A stretch of DNA of 64,000 bases from Planctomycetota bacterium (lineage in GTDB: Bacteria; Planctomycetota; UBA1135; JACQFD01), in the NCBI GenBank assembly GCA_016792805.1, contig JAEUHX010000037.1:4327-68326 (forward strand). Direction: 5' to 3'. Position numbers and translations under genes: made by a program. Shown one piece after another: positions 60,695-64,000 of this stretch. The notes beneath the pieces are model-generated. The model had not been told where the DNA came from. It made no database searches and saw nothing but the letters and a program-made list of their open reading frames with translations. The first letter of the stretch is position 1; each line of letters opens with the position of its first letter.

Positions 60695-61735
60695 TTAGTT
60701 CTTCTTCGTCGGCGCGACGCGCACCACGAGCTGGATCTTCGACGGGCCGCCATCGGCGGCGCGCGGCTCCTGCGCTACGCAGACATCCACATTTCCGCCG
60801 GAGATGATGCAGCAGACCGTGCGGTCCTTCACGCCGCGCACATGCCCTTCGAGAAGCGCCGCGACTGGCGCCGCGCCCGCCCCCTCCGCAACAATCTTTG
60901 CCCGCTCCAGTAACAGATGCACCGAGCGCGCAATCGCCTCGTCGGAGACGGAAACCACTTCATCGGCGTACCTCCGTACGATCTCCCAGGTCACTTTTCC
61001 TGGGTGGCGCACGGCGATCCCCTCGGCGATTGTGAACCCCGCGTCGCAGGTCCGGTAGCGCTTCGCCTTCATCGACTTCACAAAAGGATCCATCGTCGCC
61101 GACTGCACTCCGATCACGCGCACGTCGGGACGCAGCGCCTTGAATGCCAAGGCGATCCCAGCGAGGAGCCCGCCCCCGCCGACCGGAACCAGCACGGCGT
61201 CGAGCTGCTCCAGCTGCTTCACCAGCTCAAGCCCCACCGTCCCCTGTCCATGGATCACCTCGAGGTCGTCGAAGGGATGCACAAAATAGGCCCCTTCACG
61301 CTGCGAGAATTGAAGAGCGTATTTATATGCTTCCGCAAAATTCGCCCCGTGCAGAACGACGTGCGCGCCGTAGCGCCGCGTCGCCTCGACCTTGGAGGCG
61401 GGCGAGCCTTCAGCCATCACGATCGTCGCCCGCACACCCGCACTCTCGGCGCCGAGGGCGACGCCTTGGGCATGATTGCCCGCCGACGCCGCCACGACGC
61501 CATGCCGCAGCACCGATTTGTCCTTTGCGGCAATCTTTGCAATCTTCGCGAACGCACCGCGGATCTTGAACGAGCCCGTGCGCTGCAGATTCTCGAGCTT
61601 TAAGTACACATTGGCGCCGGCGAGCGCGGACAGCGTGCGCGACGGCTGCACGGGCGTCTCGCGCGCAACCCCCGCAAGGCGGTCCTGCGCGCGGCGGATG
61701 TCGGCAAGATTGCGCTCAAGAAACGGATCGATCAC
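60695..61735 (-). CDS. ilvA: Threonine/serine ammonia-lyase, short form without clear ACT domain
   Basis: KLENLQRTGSFKIRGA (PLP lysine), SAGNHAQG, HPFDD, PVGGGGL and ISGGNVD. Confidence 0.88.
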   Translation of the reverse strand: MIDPFLERNLADIRRAQDRLAGVARETPVQPSRTLSALAGANVYLKLENLQRTGSFKIRGAFAKIAKIAAKDKSVLRHGVVAASAGNHAQGVALGAESAGVRATIVMAEGSPASKVEATRRYGAHVVLHGANFAEAYKYALQFSQREGAYFVHPFDDLEVIHGQGTVGLELVKQLEQLDAVLVPVGGGGLLAGIALAFKALRPDVRVIGVQSATMDPFVKSMKAKRYRTCDAGFTIAEGIAVRHPGKVTWEIVRRYADEVVSVSDEAIARSVHLLLERAKIVAEGAGAAPVAALLEGHVRGVKDRTVCCIISGGNVDVCVAQEPRAADGGPSKIQLVVRVAPTKKN

Positions 61736-64000
61736 GGCTTTCCCATCGGCATCGTAGAGGTGGCGGCAGGAGCAGCGCCCCGGAGAATCCCTTCTCGGTC
61801 GGCGAGGACCCGGCCGATGTCACGAATCTCCTCGACCGCGAGCTTCCAGAGCTGGGGCGCCGTGGCCGCTCCCTCGTCCCAGGCGAGCCCCGGGTGCAGC
61901 CGCAGGGATCCCGACACGCTTCGTTCGTGGGCTTCTTCCACGAATTCACGCCCGAGGTCGGCGAATCCGATCGAGTGCGGAGGCCGTGCAGCCGGCTCCT
62001 CGCACGCCTCCAGAATCTCCGCCAGCACGATCTCGGGGTCAGCCCCTTCGACGAGCGCCGTGAGCTCCGCGCGCTTCTCAAGCCTCCCTTCGATCGTACT
62101 CATCGAGAACCCGGCTTCGATGAGCCACGAGATCACCCTTGGAATGTGCGGCAGAACAGGAACGTATTCTGTGGCATCCGCGAGGTGTCCGAGTTCATGA
62201 CACAAAACCAATGCCAGCACCCGCGGCGCGAGCGGCGAGCCATCCCGCAGCAGCGCTCGCCGGATGAGCCGCCGGGGCGCGTCGCCCACTTCGTCCGCAG
62301 CGGCTCGCCGGGCGGCCTCGACCCGAGGCAGACGTTGCGCCGGAAGCGCCCCGCGCCCGCTCGCCCGGTCATGATCCAACCAGGCGCGCTCATGGTCGTA
62401 GGCCGCGGCGAGATCGCTCGCCGCGTCGAGCACCAGCAGCACGCTCTCCGGCAGCGTTGCGCCGCCAAAGCGCGCGCCGAGCGCCTCAAGCCGCGTGTGG
62501 AGGCTGCTCGCTTCCCCGAGGGCGAGCCGTCCCTCATAACGCCGGCCAAGGACCGTGCCCGAGAGCGTCGACTCCCCCGCGCGGCGCACAGAGAAGCCTT
62601 CGACGGGGCCGAAGAAGCGCTTTCCGAGGCGGAGCTCGTATCCGAGCGCCTCGAAATAGCTCACAATTCCGGGCTCACCGGGATGGGCGCCGATGAGCGC
62701 TCCCACGGGGAAGTGAATCTCCGTGCGCGAGCCTTCGACCACATCGCGTCCTATCAGCGCTCGGCTCTCGCGGGCGAGCGGCTCGAGTGACGCGCGCAGC
62801 AGCCCCGACGCCTCTCCGCCCCCGGCCGGAGCGCGCAGCTCATCGCGGAGAAACGCCACGAGAGCACGGAAGCCTCGCGCCTCTCGCAGCAGCGAATCGC
62901 ACTCCTCGAGCACCGATGGTTCTGTAGCAATCGGCCGTGCCGCAGCCGCGCATTCTGCAGCTTCCTCGGTCCATCCGGCTGCCAGCAGGCGGCGGGCGAG
63001 TTCGAGCTTGGCCGCAGCACTCTTCGGCACGACCGCCGCCCGAGCGACGGCCGCTTCGAGGGCCCCGAGCTCGGCGCGCGCCCGCTCCCGCGCGCTCGGC
63101 TGCGGCAGCACCTCCAGCATCGGCAAGACCCACTCCCGGTAGAGCGCCAGCGCACCGGAGAAATCTCCATCTCGAAACCGAGCCGACCGAAGGGCCCGGA
63201 GCGTCGCAAAAGTACGATCTCCGTTTTTGTACGCCCTCTCCCATTCGAGGCGGGCCGCCGCCGTACGCCCCTGGACCGCCGCCAACGTGGCCGCGAGCGC
63301 AGCCTGCTCGGCGGCGAGCGCCGCGCTGCGCGGCTTGCGTCGGGCCTCCTCGAGGCGCAGGGCGATCGTGGTTGAGGACTTGCGTCCGAGGCCGCGCTGA
63401 GCCGCGGCTGCGAGCACCTCGCAGCCACCCGCCGTTCGCAATAATTGCTCGCCGTGCTTCTCGACGAGCTCATCCACAGGGAAATGCGGGAATCTCACAT
63501 CTCGAAAGACTTGAAAGCGCAGCGCCAGCTCCGCCGATGCCGCGGCCGAATCCGCGTCGAGCCCCTCAGCGCGCGCGTGCCACTCGCGCTCCGTCTCCGG
63601 ACGAAAACCTATCTGTGCACTCTGCCGCACCCATGCGAGAAGCGGCTCCACCTCCAGAGGAAGCACAAGGGCCGCGAGCCGAGCGAACTCCACTCCGGCG
63701 CCCGGCTCTTCGAACGACTCCGCGAGGCCCGAGAGTCCGAGGTAGCTCCACCCGAACGACGGGTCCGCAGCGAGCGCCCGGTGAATCAGCTCCCGCCGCG
63801 CCTCGCCGTTGCGCAGCCGCGAAAGCAAATAAAGCGCCTGCGCCGAACGGGGCTCCCGCTCCACGGCCCGCTCCGCCTCCTCCATGGCCTCGCTGCGCCT
63901 CATCTGTGCAATCATCAAATCCTGCAGCGCGCGGTGCGCCCGCACGAACTTCGGGTCGGCCGCAATGGCCTCCCTCAGCGCGGCTTCCGCCGCAGCCACA
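61732..64000 (-). CDS. TPR-rich protein with C-terminal HExxH (zincin-like) motif; 5' end outside window
   Basis: N-terminal TPR-like helices; VLCHELGHLAD followed by EGRLEKRAEL; GTGA overlap with the dehydratase. Confidence 0.7.
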   Translation of the reverse strand, partial: VAAAEAALREAIAADPKFVRAHRALQDLMIAQMRRSEAMEEAERAVEREPRSAQALYLLSRLRNGEARRELIHRALAADPSFGWSYLGLSGLAESFEEPGAGVEFARLAALVLPLEVEPLLAWVRQSAQIGFRPETEREWHARAEGLDADSAAASAELALRFQVFRDVRFPHFPVDELVEKHGEQLLRTAGGCEVLAAAAQRGLGRKSSTTIALRLEEARRKPRSAALAAEQAALAATLAAVQGRTAAARLEWERAYKNGDRTFATLRALRSARFRDGDFSGALALYREWVLPMLEVLPQPSARERARAELGALEAAVARAAVVPKSAAAKLELARRLLAAGWTEEAAECAAAARPIATEPSVLEECDSLLREARGFRALVAFLRDELRAPAGGGEASGLLRASLEPLARESRALIGRDVVEGSRTEIHFPVGALIGAHPGEPGIVSYFEALGYELRLGKRFFGPVEGFSVRRAGESTLSGTVLGRRYEGRLALGEASSLHTRLEALGARFGGATLPESVLLVLDAASDLAAAYDHERAWLDHDRASGRGALPAQRLPRVEAARRAAADEVGDAPRRLIRRALLRDGSPLAPRVLALVLCHELGHLADATEYVPVLPHIPRVISWLIEAGFSMSTIEGRLEKRAELTALVEGADPEIVLAEILEACEEPAARPPHSIGFADLGREFVEEAHERSVSGSLRLHPGLAWDEGAATAPQLWKLAVEEIRDIGRVLADREGILRGAAPAATSTMPMGKP

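Overview
A high-GC bacterial chromosomal window with about 40 CDSs. The gene repertoire suggests a Planctomycetota-like organism (inference from HEAT proteins ending in WxxWW, a DUF1573 fragment, giant Ser/Thr kinases and an ECF sigma/anti-sigma pair). Housekeeping genes: 5' end of an isocitrate/isopropylmalate dehydrogenase, mnmA, yajC, yraN, a serA-serB-class V aminotransferase operon, rplU-rpmA-obgE, acnA and a threonine dehydratase. Most notable items: (1) two paralogous ~2,000-2,200 aa membrane kinases built as pseudokinase + kinase + small beta domain + TM + long helical region + conserved C-terminal domains, bracketing an ECF sigma/anti-sigma/TPR module; (2) a divergent Spt-like and CerR-like gene pair suggesting sphingolipid synthesis; (3) a family of ~160-bp structured inverted-repeat elements with compensatory base changes, one nested in a 1.4-kb repeat-rich intergenic region; (4) two lower-GC inserts, one with a PD-(D/E)XK/SEC-C protein plus a HEPN/MtlR-like protein, the other with an interrupted Cys-rich secreted protein and a DUF1573 fragment fused tail-to-tail with a broken AlkD-like gene; (5) an acyl-ornithine-type transcarbamylase with an atypical substrate pocket, and an HU with a replaced DNA-binding arm. 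I recognised no rRNA, tRNA, CRISPR array, integrase or transposase. All family calls come from motifs read by eye, not database searches, and several starts were moved downstream of the ORF-track starts.
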